From NCBI GenBank assembly GCA_964638865.1, contig CAZXBG010000001.1:18223-82222 (forward strand): a stretch of 64,000 nucleotides of DNA, read 5' to 3'. Under the pieces are notes generated by a model that had not been told where the DNA came from, searched no databases, and was given only the letters and a program-made list of their open reading frames with translations. Shown here piece after piece: positions 47,788-56,999 of this stretch. The translations under genes and the position numbers were made by a program. This DNA comes from an uncultured Chitinophagales bacterium. GTDB lineage: Bacteria; Bacteroidota; Bacteroidia; Chitinophagales; BACL12. Numbering within the stretch: the stretch's first letter is position 1; each line of letters begins with the position of its first letter.

Positions 47788-50175
47788 TCAATTCCTCAAC
47801 GGTTTTCCCGTCTTTAAAATAAACTGCATTCTTTCCAGTGTTTTTTTCTCTCCAAGTAGCGACAAAAAGGCTTCGCGTTCCAGATCTAAAAGATATTGTT
47901 CATTTACAGTTGTTGGCTGAGAGAGGTCGCCACCACATAAAATATAACATGCCTTTTGTGCGATCTTTTCATCGTGTTCGGAAATATATCCGGCCATTTT
48001 CATGGATGCGATACCGGTATAAAAACTACCGAGAGCACCTCTTCCTAATACTTTTATATCTGTTCTTTGTTGCGGTTGTGTGTATCCTTCTTCTGCTAAT
48101 TCAAGCACTGCTTTTTTAGCTTCTGCAATTACGCGATTGCTGTTAATTATTTCCTTGTCTATTCCTTTACGCAAAATACCGAGTTCAAATGCTTCACGTG
48201 CAGATGTTGCAACTTTTGCCATTGCAATATTTAAACTCATTTCCTGTAAGGTTGGAATCTCGATATCTCCCTTAAAATATTTATCACTTGCACGCAAAGC
48301 AAATTCTTTTGTTCCGCCACCGGAAGGAATTAATCCCGCTCCAACTTCCACCAAACCGATATATGTTTCAGCAGCGGCAACTGCAATATCGCTGTGCATA
48401 GTCATTTCACATCCACCGCCAAGTGTTAATCCATGCGGACAAACAGCAACAGGAATTCCCGAATATCGCACGCGCATCATGGTATTTTGAAAATATTTAA
48501 TAGCCATATTCAGTTCATCATATTCCTGATCGATAGCAAGCAATAACATCATGGCAAGATTAGCTCCGGCAGAAAAATTAGCAGCATCATTTCCAATCAC
48601 AAGTCCCCTGTAATTATTTTCTGCAATATCAATCGACTTATTAATACCTTCCAAAATTTCGCTCCCGATCACATTCATTTTCGTATGAAATTCAAGATTT
48701 ACAACTCCATTACCAATATCGTGTAATGTAGCTCCCGCATTTTTCCAGACCGGTTTATTTGATCTGTAATTGTCCATTATAATAAAAGAATCTGATCCTG
48801 GAATATCCAGATAGGAATCAGTATTGATATCATAATATTTTCTTTTCCCCTTTTCCACTTTGTAAAAAGCGTTGATACCATTTTTCAGCATTGTGTAAAC
48901 CCAATCCGCTGCTTTAATTCCGGCAGCCTCCATTGCAGATAATGATTTTTGAACACCTAAAATATCCCATGTTTCAAAAGGTCCAATCTCCCAACCAAAT
49001 CCGGCCTTCATAGCATCGTCAATTTTATAAACTTCCCCTGCAATTTCCGGAATTCGATTGCTGATGTAAGCATTAACATTATAGGTTACGCTGCGATAAA
49101 ATTCTCCGGCCTTATCAGTTCCGGCATGTAAAATTTTTATTCGTTCTTTAAGATCATCAACAGGTTTTGCAGAGTCTGTAGTTGCAAATTTTGTTTTTGA
49201 AGTTTGTTTATACTCAAATGTATTTAAATCAATTACCTGAATTTCACTTTTGCCATCTGCTCCTTTTACTTTCTTAAAAAAACCTTGACCGGTTTTATCT
49301 CCCAGCCATTTGTTTTCAATTAATTTATTTATATATGCGGGTATGATAAACATCTCCCGGCTTTCATCATCCGGACAAGCGTCGTAAGTATTTTTTGCTA
49401 CTTTTATCAGGGTATCAATTCCAACTACATCGGCTGTGCGAAAGGTTGCAGATTTAGGGCGACCTGAAACAGGGCCGGTTAAGGCATCTACTTCATCAAT
49501 AGAAAGCGATAATTTTTCCATAACCCTTAAAACGGTCATGATGCTGAAAACGCCAATTCTATTTGCAATAAATGCCGGAGTATCATTGCACAAAACGGTA
49601 GTTTTCCCTAAAAAACGATCGCCGTAATCCATTAAAAAATTTACAACTTCAGGATCTGTTTTTGGAGTGGCAATAATTTCCAATAATTTGAGATAACGTG
49701 GAGGATTAAAAAAATGTGTTCCACAAAAATGTTTTTGAAAATCGTCACTTCTTCCGTTTATCATTAAATGTATCGGGATACCGGAAGTGTTAGAAGTGAT
49801 CAAGGTTCCGTGTTTTCTAAAGATTTCTACCTTTTCAAAAAGTTGTTGTTTAATTGCAAGATTTTCGATAACAACTTCAATTATCCAATCACACTCCTTT
49901 ATTTTATTCAGGTCGTCTTCAAAATTTCCTGTTGTAATAAGTTTCAAAACATTTTGGGCATAAATTGGTGAAGGATTTTGTTTAACTGCCATTTGTAAAC
50001 TATCGTTCACTAATTTATTTTTAGCATTTTTATCTGCTGAGGTAACATTTTCTAATTTAGGATCTACCATATCGAGCAGGATGGTTTGTACACCAATATT
50101 TGCAAAATGACATGCAATGCGACTTCCCATCACACCGCTACCAAGAACTGCTACCTTTTTAATTATTCTGTTCAT
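47788..50175 (-). CDS. Bifunctional 3-hydroxyacyl-CoA dehydrogenase / enoyl-CoA hydratase
   Basis: 795 aa. The N-terminal Rossmann motif is KKVAVLGSGVMGSRIA. The HAD C-domains follow, and the C-terminal crotonase fold carries ..GLTLGGGCEMTMH... Confidence 0.92.
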   Translation of the reverse strand: MNRIIKKVAVLGSGVMGSRIACHFANIGVQTILLDMVDPKLENVTSADKNAKNKLVNDSLQMAVKQNPSPIYAQNVLKLITTGNFEDDLNKIKECDWIIEVVIENLAIKQQLFEKVEIFRKHGTLITSNTSGIPIHLMINGRSDDFQKHFCGTHFFNPPRYLKLLEIIATPKTDPEVVNFLMDYGDRFLGKTTVLCNDTPAFIANRIGVFSIMTVLRVMEKLSLSIDEVDALTGPVSGRPKSATFRTADVVGIDTLIKVAKNTYDACPDDESREMFIIPAYINKLIENKWLGDKTGQGFFKKVKGADGKSEIQVIDLNTFEYKQTSKTKFATTDSAKPVDDLKERIKILHAGTDKAGEFYRSVTYNVNAYISNRIPEIAGEVYKIDDAMKAGFGWEIGPFETWDILGVQKSLSAMEAAGIKAADWVYTMLKNGINAFYKVEKGKRKYYDINTDSYLDIPGSDSFIIMDNYRSNKPVWKNAGATLHDIGNGVVNLEFHTKMNVIGSEILEGINKSIDIAENNYRGLVIGNDAANFSAGANLAMMLLLAIDQEYDELNMAIKYFQNTMMRVRYSGIPVAVCPHGLTLGGGCEMTMHSDIAVAAAETYIGLVEVGAGLIPSGGGTKEFALRASDKYFKGDIEIPTLQEMSLNIAMAKVATSAREAFELGILRKGIDKEIINSNRVIAEAKKAVLELAEEGYTQPQQRTDIKVLGRGALGSFYTGIASMKMAGYISEHDEKIAQKACYILCGGDLSQPTTVNEQYLLDLEREAFLSLLGEKKTLERMQFILKTGKPLRN

Positions 50176-50233
50176 TATTATTTATTAATTATGTATTGGG
50201 AATTATTTAGCATTATTGATTGATATTAATAGC

Positions 50234-50818
50234 CTAACTGATCAGCGCTTGTTTACTTGCTTTTTCAAATTTTTCCGTAATCATTTCATGTGCTTTTAAC
50301 AAATAGGATTTGTCGTTATAAATTCTCATCATCATAGCTGCACCTTCAATTGCACAAACAGTTTCCTTTGCAAAAATTTCTGCTGCATCCTTGCTATATC
50401 TTTCTTTATAAATATTTGTAAGTGCATTAATCCAATCATCGAAGAATTGTTTAATTGGTTTTCTGAATTCCGGAACCACATCATTTGTTTCCATAGCAAT
50501 ATTTGCCATTAGGCAGGCGCCTTCGCCATTTGCAAAAACGTCAATACTTTTTTCGCCCAGCAATTTAAGTTTTTGTGTTGCTGTTAATTCACTATCATAA
50601 GCATAAATAAAAACCTTATCTCTATAATGATCCTTTAAAACTTCGAGCACCTCCTTCATGAGGTCTTCCTTGGAAGAAAAATAATGGTAAATGCTTCCTT
50701 TCAGTAAACCACAGGCATCTCCAATATTCGACATTGTTGTTTTGTGGTAACCTTGGGTTCTGAAAAGATTCAGAGCCTCCTTGATAATGGTGAATTTCTC
50801 TACTTTTTTGACAGGCAT
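50234..50818 (-). CDS. TetR/AcrR-family transcriptional regulator, first gene of the fad operon
   Basis: 194 aa. The N-terminal HTH is ..I..A..LF...GY..TTMSNIGDACGL.KGSIYHYF.SKEDL. Confidence 0.88.
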   Translation of the reverse strand: MPVKKVEKFTIIKEALNLFRTQGYHKTTMSNIGDACGLLKGSIYHYFSSKEDLMKEVLEVLKDHYRDKVFIYAYDSELTATQKLKLLGEKSIDVFANGEGACLMANIAMETNDVVPEFRKPIKQFFDDWINALTNIYKERYSKDAAEIFAKETVCAIEGAAMMMRIYNDKSYLLKAHEMITEKFEKASKQALIS

Positions 50819-50822
50819 AGAA

Positions 50823-50859
50823 CAAAGTTATGCTGTTTTTCGAATTTACCAAACGTTTG
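50823..50859 (-). promoter_or_regulatory. Candidate promoter (TTG-N19-TAACTTTG) with an overlapping 10-bp palindrome CAAACGTTTG (50850-50859) as a possible TetR operator
   Basis: Minus-sense read: CAAACGTTTG-gtaaattcgaaaaacagca-TAACTTTG-ttct-ATG. TAACTTTG matches TAnnTTTG exactly. The -33-type TTG is the last 3 nt of the palindrome. Confidence 0.4.
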
Positions 50860-50873
50860 TTTGAATAAATATG

Positions 50874-50905
50874 AAAAAAAATAACCGGCTACAGTTGCAG
50901 CCGGT
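50874..50905 (-). terminator. Rho-independent terminator after the lipoprotein gene
   Basis: Minus-sense ACCGGCU-GCAACUGU-AGCCGGU followed by UAUUUUUUUU. Confidence 0.7.
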
Positions 50906-50928
50906 CACTTCGGATATCATTAGTAAAT

Positions 50929-51348
50929 TTAAATCTTAATAAAGTGGATCTCTTCCGCTCCTGTATCATCCACCAACTGCAGGGTTACATCCGTTACTTC
51001 CATTACCTTCCACTCGTAATTGAGCATATCAAGTTCAGGGCTACCGGATATCGTAATAGAAACCTGTTTGTCAAACTGCTCATCAGAAATCGTTTGGATA
51101 AGCCAAACACCGGTAAATGCCTCGGTTACATTAGTGGCCGACATGGTTCCATTGCTGTAAAATTCGAAGGTAAACTCTCCAAAAGGACCTGCATCACCAT
51201 AGGTGTCTCCGTAAAAATTCACCTTGTAGGTTCCCGGAATAATACTTTCTGCCTCTGAGATCGACATATTATCCAATTCTGATTTTGTGCATGCTGTGAA
51301 GGACATTGCAACTACCAAAGCTGCCATAAACACTCTTAAATTCCTCAT
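50929..51348 (-). CDS. Small lipoprotein (lipocalin-like size), paralogue A
   Basis: The internal start MRNLRVFMAALVVAMSFTAC at 51348 has a lipobox, so I prefer it over the track start at 51474. It is a paralogue of 51593..52018. Confidence 0.6.
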   Translation of the reverse strand: MRNLRVFMAALVVAMSFTACTKSELDNMSISEAESIIPGTYKVNFYGDTYGDAGPFGEFTFEFYSNGTMSATNVTEAFTGVWLIQTISDEQFDKQVSITISGSPELDMLNYEWKVMEVTDVTLQLVDDTGAEEIHFIKI

Positions 51349-51592
51349 ACTTAAAATTTTTAATGGTTTAATTAATAAAACTGTTTTTACCTGTGTTGCG
51401 TTGCACGAGTGCTGCGAGTGTATGCTGTCACATTTTTGGGGTAATCCTCGAAATCTTAACGACTGAATAACCAACTTTATGATAATTTAATTCAAATTTG
51501 GTAAAATATCTCTCTTTTTACCTTGTCAGCCATCAGCTATTACAGAAATTTATTGTTAAAAAGTTTGCATTTCCTCTTCCAATTAAAGCTTT

Positions 51593-52018
51593 TTAGATTT
51601 TTTCAAAATGGATCTCTTCGCTTGGAGTATCATCCTTAAGTTTCATAACAGAATCCGTTAATTCAGTTATCAGCCAACTTCCATCCAGATTTTCCATTTG
51701 TTTGTCGCCACTTATGGTAAATTCTATTTCTTTATCATAAGCAGGGTCATCGTCGCTGTTTTTTACCATCCAAACTCCGCTAAAAGTGGATGTTCCTTTT
51801 GTAGCGGTTATTGTTCCATCTTCAGCAATATTGAAGGTGTAACCATCAAAGTCGCTACTAACTCCATCGCTATTATCATAATAATAGGTTACTTTCCAGC
51901 TTCCCCCGACCAAAGTTTACACTTCTGTTAGTGTAAGATCTGATGGGAGGTGATCAGAACAAGAGGACAACATCAATACTGTTAATACTGTGGCCATGAT
52001 CAAACTCCTATTTTTCAT
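51593..52018 (-). pseudogene. Paralogue B of the small lipoprotein, interrupted by an in-frame TAA (51917-51919)
   Basis: MKNRSLIMATVLTVLMLSSC...LTLTEV * T LVGGSWKVTYYY.... The two track ORFs (51917..52114 and 51593..51913) are in the same frame, separated only by TAA-ACT. The joined sequence aligns along its length with paralogue A (..GTYKVNFY...FTGVWLIQ...ITISG...EIHFIKI). Confidence 0.6.
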
Positions 52019-52248
52019 ACGTTCAGATTTGTTTTTATAAATTTTATTAAATGTTTGCAATTTGAATACACAAACGGGCCTCAAGTCACTATAGTTGCAG
52101 CAGAGCAGCGACACATAAAGACGGTTTCCGAGATATATTTTTATATCTCTGACTAGTAATTTTTATTACAAACTACGTTTTTACATACAAATTGTGGGAA
52201 CAGAATACCTGTAAATTCGAGATAGACAACTGTAACTTTTTGTCAAAA

Positions 52249-53520
52249 TCAGAGATCCCAGCCTATATCTCTCCTAAAATATCGGGTATCGTAGTAAATT
52301 CTTCCGGCATTAACATAACAGGAGCGCAAAGCTTCAAATAAATCTGACCCAAAAGCGGAAACAGCCAACACCCTTCCACCGCTGGTGATTATATTTCCAT
52401 TGGTATCAACGGTTGTACCGGCATGAAAAATCATACAATCCTCCGTGTTTTCTAATCCACTTATTTGTTTACCTTTTTCAAATTGCCCCGGATATCCATC
52501 GCTTGCCAATATAACAGTTGCGCAGGCTCTCTCATCAACTACCAAATGTTGATCCTTTATATTTTCATTATGCACGGACAAAAAAAGTTCGAGTATATCA
52601 TTTTTAACTCTGGGAAGAATAACCTGCGTTTCCGGATCTCCTAAACGAGCGTTGTATTCTATTAGGTAAGGTTCATCCTTACAATTAAAAAGTCCGAAAT
52701 ATAAAAACCCTTTATATTTTATACCTTCCTTTGTTAATCCTGAGATTGTAGGTTGAATAATCTTTTCTTGCACCTTTTGCATAAAACTTTCCGTCACAAA
52801 TGGGGGTGGAGATACAGCACCCATTCCTCCGGTATTTAATCCGGTATCGCCATCACCTGCTTTTTTATAATCTTTGGAAGGAGGCAATATCAAATAATGA
52901 TCACCATCAGTTAATACGATAACCGTTAATTCAATGCCATAAAGAAATTGTTCTAATACAACTTTGTTTCCGGCGGATCCAAATTTTCCTGACAGCATTA
53001 ATTGCAGTTCGTTTTTTGCTTCTGCATGATCATTACAAATGATAACACCTTTGCCCGCGGCTAAACCATCTGCCTTTAATACAATGGGCAAAGGTTGTTC
53101 GGAAATATATTTTAATGCCTCCGTTATTGTTTCATTTGAAAACTCTTTATATGTCGGGGTTTGCACATTATTGCGCAGCATAAATGCTTTTGCAAAAACT
53201 TTAGAACCTTCCATTTGTGCGGCAATTTTTGCCGGACCAATTACCGGTAAATTTTCCAGACCGGGAAATGTCGCAAAAAAATCAACTATGCCTAGTACAA
53301 GCGGATCCTCCGGTCCAACAACTATCATATCGATATATTGCTCCAAACAAAAGGTTGCCAACATTGGAAAATCGGTTGGCTTTATATCTACATTTTTTCC
53401 GCATAATGCTGTGCCCGGATTACCCGGAGCTATAAACAACTTCTCACATAGGGGCGATTGAATAATTTTCCAGGCGAGTGCATGTTCTCTTCCACCTGAA
53501 CCGAGCAACAATATCTTCAT
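52249..53520 (-). CDS. purD: Phosphoribosylamine--glycine ligase
   Basis: MKILLLGSGGREHALAWKI..S.......APGNPGT.. is the canonical PurD N-terminus plus ATP-grasp fold. Confidence 0.96.
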   Translation of the reverse strand: MKILLLGSGGREHALAWKIIQSPLCEKLFIAPGNPGTALCGKNVDIKPTDFPMLATFCLEQYIDMIVVGPEDPLVLGIVDFFATFPGLENLPVIGPAKIAAQMEGSKVFAKAFMLRNNVQTPTYKEFSNETITEALKYISEQPLPIVLKADGLAAGKGVIICNDHAEAKNELQLMLSGKFGSAGNKVVLEQFLYGIELTVIVLTDGDHYLILPPSKDYKKAGDGDTGLNTGGMGAVSPPPFVTESFMQKVQEKIIQPTISGLTKEGIKYKGFLYFGLFNCKDEPYLIEYNARLGDPETQVILPRVKNDILELFLSVHNENIKDQHLVVDERACATVILASDGYPGQFEKGKQISGLENTEDCMIFHAGTTVDTNGNIITSGGRVLAVSAFGSDLFEALRSCYVNAGRIYYDTRYFRRDIGWDL

Positions 53521-53657
53521 GAAACAAAGGTAAGCCAGTAAATTGAATTGAAGAATACAGCATTGGATTTCATAAAAAGGAATTTCTTACATCCGATAGT
53601 ATATTTGCAGCACCTTAGCTAAGGGATATTCAAATATATTATATATTATTCAATAAA

Positions 53658-54614
53658 ATGAAGGTAACCGAACATATAAACAAGGCAGATAAGACCTTAT
53701 TATCTTTTGAAATATTACCTCCCTTAAAAGGGAAAAGCATACATAATATTTATGAGGTATTGGATCAGTTAATAGATGTAAATCCTGCATTTATTAATGT
53801 TACTTATCATCGAAGTGAATATATTTATAAAAAACGTGGTGATGAAAGATTTGACAAAGTATTTATCAGAAAACGTCCGGGAACTGTTGGTATCTGTGCA
53901 GCCATACAATTCAAATATAAAATAGATGCTGTTGCGCATATTATTTGTGGAGGGTTCACAAAAGAAGATACAGAGGATGCATTGATAGATCTCAGTTATT
54001 TAAATATTGATAATGTTTTATTGTTGCGTGGTGATGCATCAAAAAATGAACGTGATTTTATAGCGGAACCCGGAGGCCATAAATTTGCAGATGATTTGGT
54101 TTCGCAGGTAGTAGATATGAATAAGGGAATATATTTAGAGGAGGATTCCATACAGGGATATAAAACAGATTTTAATATTGGCGTTGCCGGTTATCCTGAA
54201 AAACATTTTGAAAGTCCTAATTTAAAAAGTGATCTTAAATATTTAAAACAGAAGGTGGATCGCGGTGCAGATTATATTGTGACACAAATGTTTTACGACA
54301 ACAATAAATATTTTGAATTCGTAAAAAAATGCAGAGCGGAAGGGATTACAGTTCCGATAATTCCGGGGATAAAACCGATAACAGGTGCTTCTCAGATACA
54401 AACCATTCCAAGAACTTTCCATGTCGATATTCCTGAGGAATTAAATGATATGATAGATGCCTGCAGTTCAGTAGAGGAGGTAAAACAAGCCGGTGTAAAC
54501 TGGTGTATAGATCAATCCAAAGAGTTGGTGCGCAGCGGAGTCCCGTGTATCCATTACTATACCATGGGAAATGTTGGCGCCATGCGCAAGATCATAAAGG
54601 AAGTATTTCCTTAA
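53658..54614 (+). CDS. metF: Methylenetetrahydrofolate reductase
   Basis: 318 aa, ..LSFEILPP.KG........D.L....P.FINVTYH.. and ..RGADYIVTQMFYDN..Y..F... Confidence 0.93.
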   Translation: MKVTEHINKADKTLLSFEILPPLKGKSIHNIYEVLDQLIDVNPAFINVTYHRSEYIYKKRGDERFDKVFIRKRPGTVGICAAIQFKYKIDAVAHIICGGFTKEDTEDALIDLSYLNIDNVLLLRGDASKNERDFIAEPGGHKFADDLVSQVVDMNKGIYLEEDSIQGYKTDFNIGVAGYPEKHFESPNLKSDLKYLKQKVDRGADYIVTQMFYDNNKYFEFVKKCRAEGITVPIIPGIKPITGASQIQTIPRTFHVDIPEELNDMIDACSSVEEVKQAGVNWCIDQSKELVRSGVPCIHYYTMGNVGAMRKIIKEVFP

Positions 54615-55015
54615 TTACAGTTTTTTGGCAGAATTGAGCAAAACACGAATAATGGAATAAAAAATTAATTTTAACATTTGGTATTTGCTACAATTCAATT
54701 CGTGATTTGGATTAACAATAAATTTTGATGACACATTTTGTGTTTAACAAAAAAAGGATTCCGGCTTTGATATCAATTTCAAACATCAAACGTTTGAGTA
54801 TAAAATAATAAGTTGCATTTTGTTTGTAAAGGATTAAAATAGTTTGTGCATTTTATTGCAGGTGCAACTGAATTAATAAATATATTCAAAATTAAAATAA
54901 ACATTGTATTCAAAAAAAAGTAATTGATTTTATAAGAATAAATTCAATTACAATAACGCCAGGTAGAATGTAATCCAACTGGCTATATAACAATAAATCA
55001 AAGCCGGTTACCCGT

Positions 55016-55735
55016 TTAAAAAGTTAAAGAAAAACCTATATTTGGATTGAACAGGACTTGATTCCACTCAATCACTTCATCTACTCTTTCCGTAATGATA
55101 TTGACATCCTTATAATCCAAAATTTCGGTGGTAGGTATATCTGCGGTTTCTCGCATCATATTTAAATCTAATACAAGAGATGTTTTTTCTCCGATTTTAA
55201 ATCTTCCACCCAAACCTATATTTGAAACAAATCCAGCACTCACCTTATTTTCAATTTGGAGTGAATTGAGATAAGAATCGGTGAAATTAAACTCCTGGTC
55301 CGGAAAATAAACCCGCATTCCACCGGCTTGCAATTTTGCATATACACTGCTAAAAACACCGTCACTTACCGGTATTTCACAGTATAACCCTGTTAACACC
55401 CCAAATGAAAAAAAATTATCGGAGTTGAAACTGCTCAATTCAAATGTTTCCAGATAAAACGATTCATCTACACCACAACTTCTTCCATACAAGCTGGTGA
55501 TCATTCCTAACCATTTCTTTTTAAAAATAATGTCTGCACCTACCAGAAAACCGTTGGATTTTGCATCCGGAGATGATAGCGTGTTGTTAAAGCCGGGTAG
55601 TTCAAAAGGGTAATTTTGTAACAAAGCACCTGCTTTTATGTTTGCAGTTACTTTAATCATATCACCGTTTGTAGTTTGAGCGCCCAACAAGAGCGGGGTA
55701 ATAAGAATTGCGATAATCCAAATGCATTTTTTCAT
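55016..55735 (-). CDS. Small outer-membrane beta-barrel protein
   Basis: The signal peptide is MKKCIWIIAILITPLLLGAQ. It shows an alternating strand pattern and ends in the aromatic ..IGFSLTF. Confidence 0.6.
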   Translation of the reverse strand: MKKCIWIIAILITPLLLGAQTTNGDMIKVTANIKAGALLQNYPFELPGFNNTLSSPDAKSNGFLVGADIIFKKKWLGMITSLYGRSCGVDESFYLETFELSSFNSDNFFSFGVLTGLYCEIPVSDGVFSSVYAKLQAGGMRVYFPDQEFNFTDSYLNSLQIENKVSAGFVSNIGLGGRFKIGEKTSLVLDLNMMRETADIPTTEILDYKDVNIITERVDEVIEWNQVLFNPNIGFSLTF

Positions 55736-55744
55736 AATTAAATT

Positions 55745-56998
55745 TTAAAGTTGAAAACAAATAAAAAAAAATCCGTCAGTTGTATATAATCTATTTAAAA
55801 CAGGATCAATAGAAACGGCCCTTGTAAAAATTGCCGACGCTGCTGTTGCATAATTATCATTTGGTGAATTCATTTCCCAAAGTTGCACACCTGACATTGT
55901 ATTAATGGCGTGTATTTTTCCATCACCGGTACTTCCGTAGTATAACACACCATCATGATACACCATATCAGTAGGGGTTGCTCCAGCATCAAGGTTTTCC
56001 CAGATTATGCTTCCCGAACCCGGATCTAAAGCATAAATACTTTCATAACTTGTTTTTACAATAATCTTATTTTCTACCATCATCAAATTACCCATCAACA
56101 GATCTTCTCCATAACCTGTAAATAATCTCTGCCACAATTTTTCTCCTGTTTCCGCATCTAAACAAAACATATTAAATGTTCCTTTAAAATATATTTTCCC
56201 TTCATAATAAAGAGGTGGATAAATAGCACTATTCCCATGCGGATCAATATCATCCACCATCCATAAAATAGAATCTGCTGTCATATTATATGCGTACAAA
56301 TCAACTTTACCATCGTAAGGTGAGGTTCTGTATTGCCGGTTTTGAAAATATAAAATGGTATCATTATTTGCTTCAATCACAGCAGTAGGCGGGTAAATTC
56401 CTACGGAATATTCATCCTGCATTTCAATAGTAAATATGGTATCCCATATACCCGTATAAATATCAGTCATAACTATAGAACCTGAGTAAAATGGATTTGT
56501 TCCTGTGAGATGTACATGAAAAAGGATATTGTTTAAATGCGTAATCTTTGGCATCCTGTCGCCCGGACACTCATAATGCCACAAAATACTTCCATCGTTT
56601 AAGTCTACCACACGGGGATCAGAATTACAAAGAGTTACATAATAATGATCATAGATATAACTTCCATTACCAGGCACAGTGGCAGGACTATTACAATTAA
56701 TTTCAAATGCGGCATCCGTTTGCCAAATTATATTTCCAAATTCCGTATTGGCAAATTTTAAATACATAGGATCATCCATAGCATTTTGTTGGGCACTAAA
56801 CAGAACGCCGTCATTATAGACTAATGGTGCTATACAAATTTTATAAATTGTATCCTCCGCTAAGGGCATTTGCCATACAACCGGAATAGGTAAAATATCA
56901 TCATTTGAATAGGAAACAGAATAATTTTCAAATACTTCTTCTCTGCATCCGCAAAGAAGAAGTATTAAACAATTAAATATGATGCTAAACATTTTCAT
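55745..56998 (-). CDS. PQQ-like/BamB-like beta-propeller lipoprotein
   Basis: I chose the internal start MKMFSIIFNCLILLLCGC (lipobox) at 56998. The longer track ORF would overlap the upstream gene by 107 nt. Repeated ..G.ILW../..KLWQ../..IIWE../..QLWE.. propeller blades are present. Confidence 0.65.
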   Translation of the reverse strand: MKMFSIIFNCLILLLCGCREEVFENYSVSYSNDDILPIPVVWQMPLAEDTIYKICIAPLVYNDGVLFSAQQNAMDDPMYLKFANTEFGNIIWQTDAAFEINCNSPATVPGNGSYIYDHYYVTLCNSDPRVVDLNDGSILWHYECPGDRMPKITHLNNILFHVHLTGTNPFYSGSIVMTDIYTGIWDTIFTIEMQDEYSVGIYPPTAVIEANNDTILYFQNRQYRTSPYDGKVDLYAYNMTADSILWMVDDIDPHGNSAIYPPLYYEGKIYFKGTFNMFCLDAETGEKLWQRLFTGYGEDLLMGNLMMVENKIIVKTSYESIYALDPGSGSIIWENLDAGATPTDMVYHDGVLYYGSTGDGKIHAINTMSGVQLWEMNSPNDNYATAASAIFTRAVSIDPVLNRLYTTDGFFFICFQL

Positions 56999-56999
56999 A

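Noticed and set aside
53521-53657. A possible SAM/methionine riboswitch upstream of metF.
   Set aside because: I could not find the conserved cores of SAM-I, SAM-II or SAM-I/IV by eye. The region is a short AT-rich divergent promoter shared with purD. A covariance-model scan (Infernal/Rfam) would be needed to revisit this.
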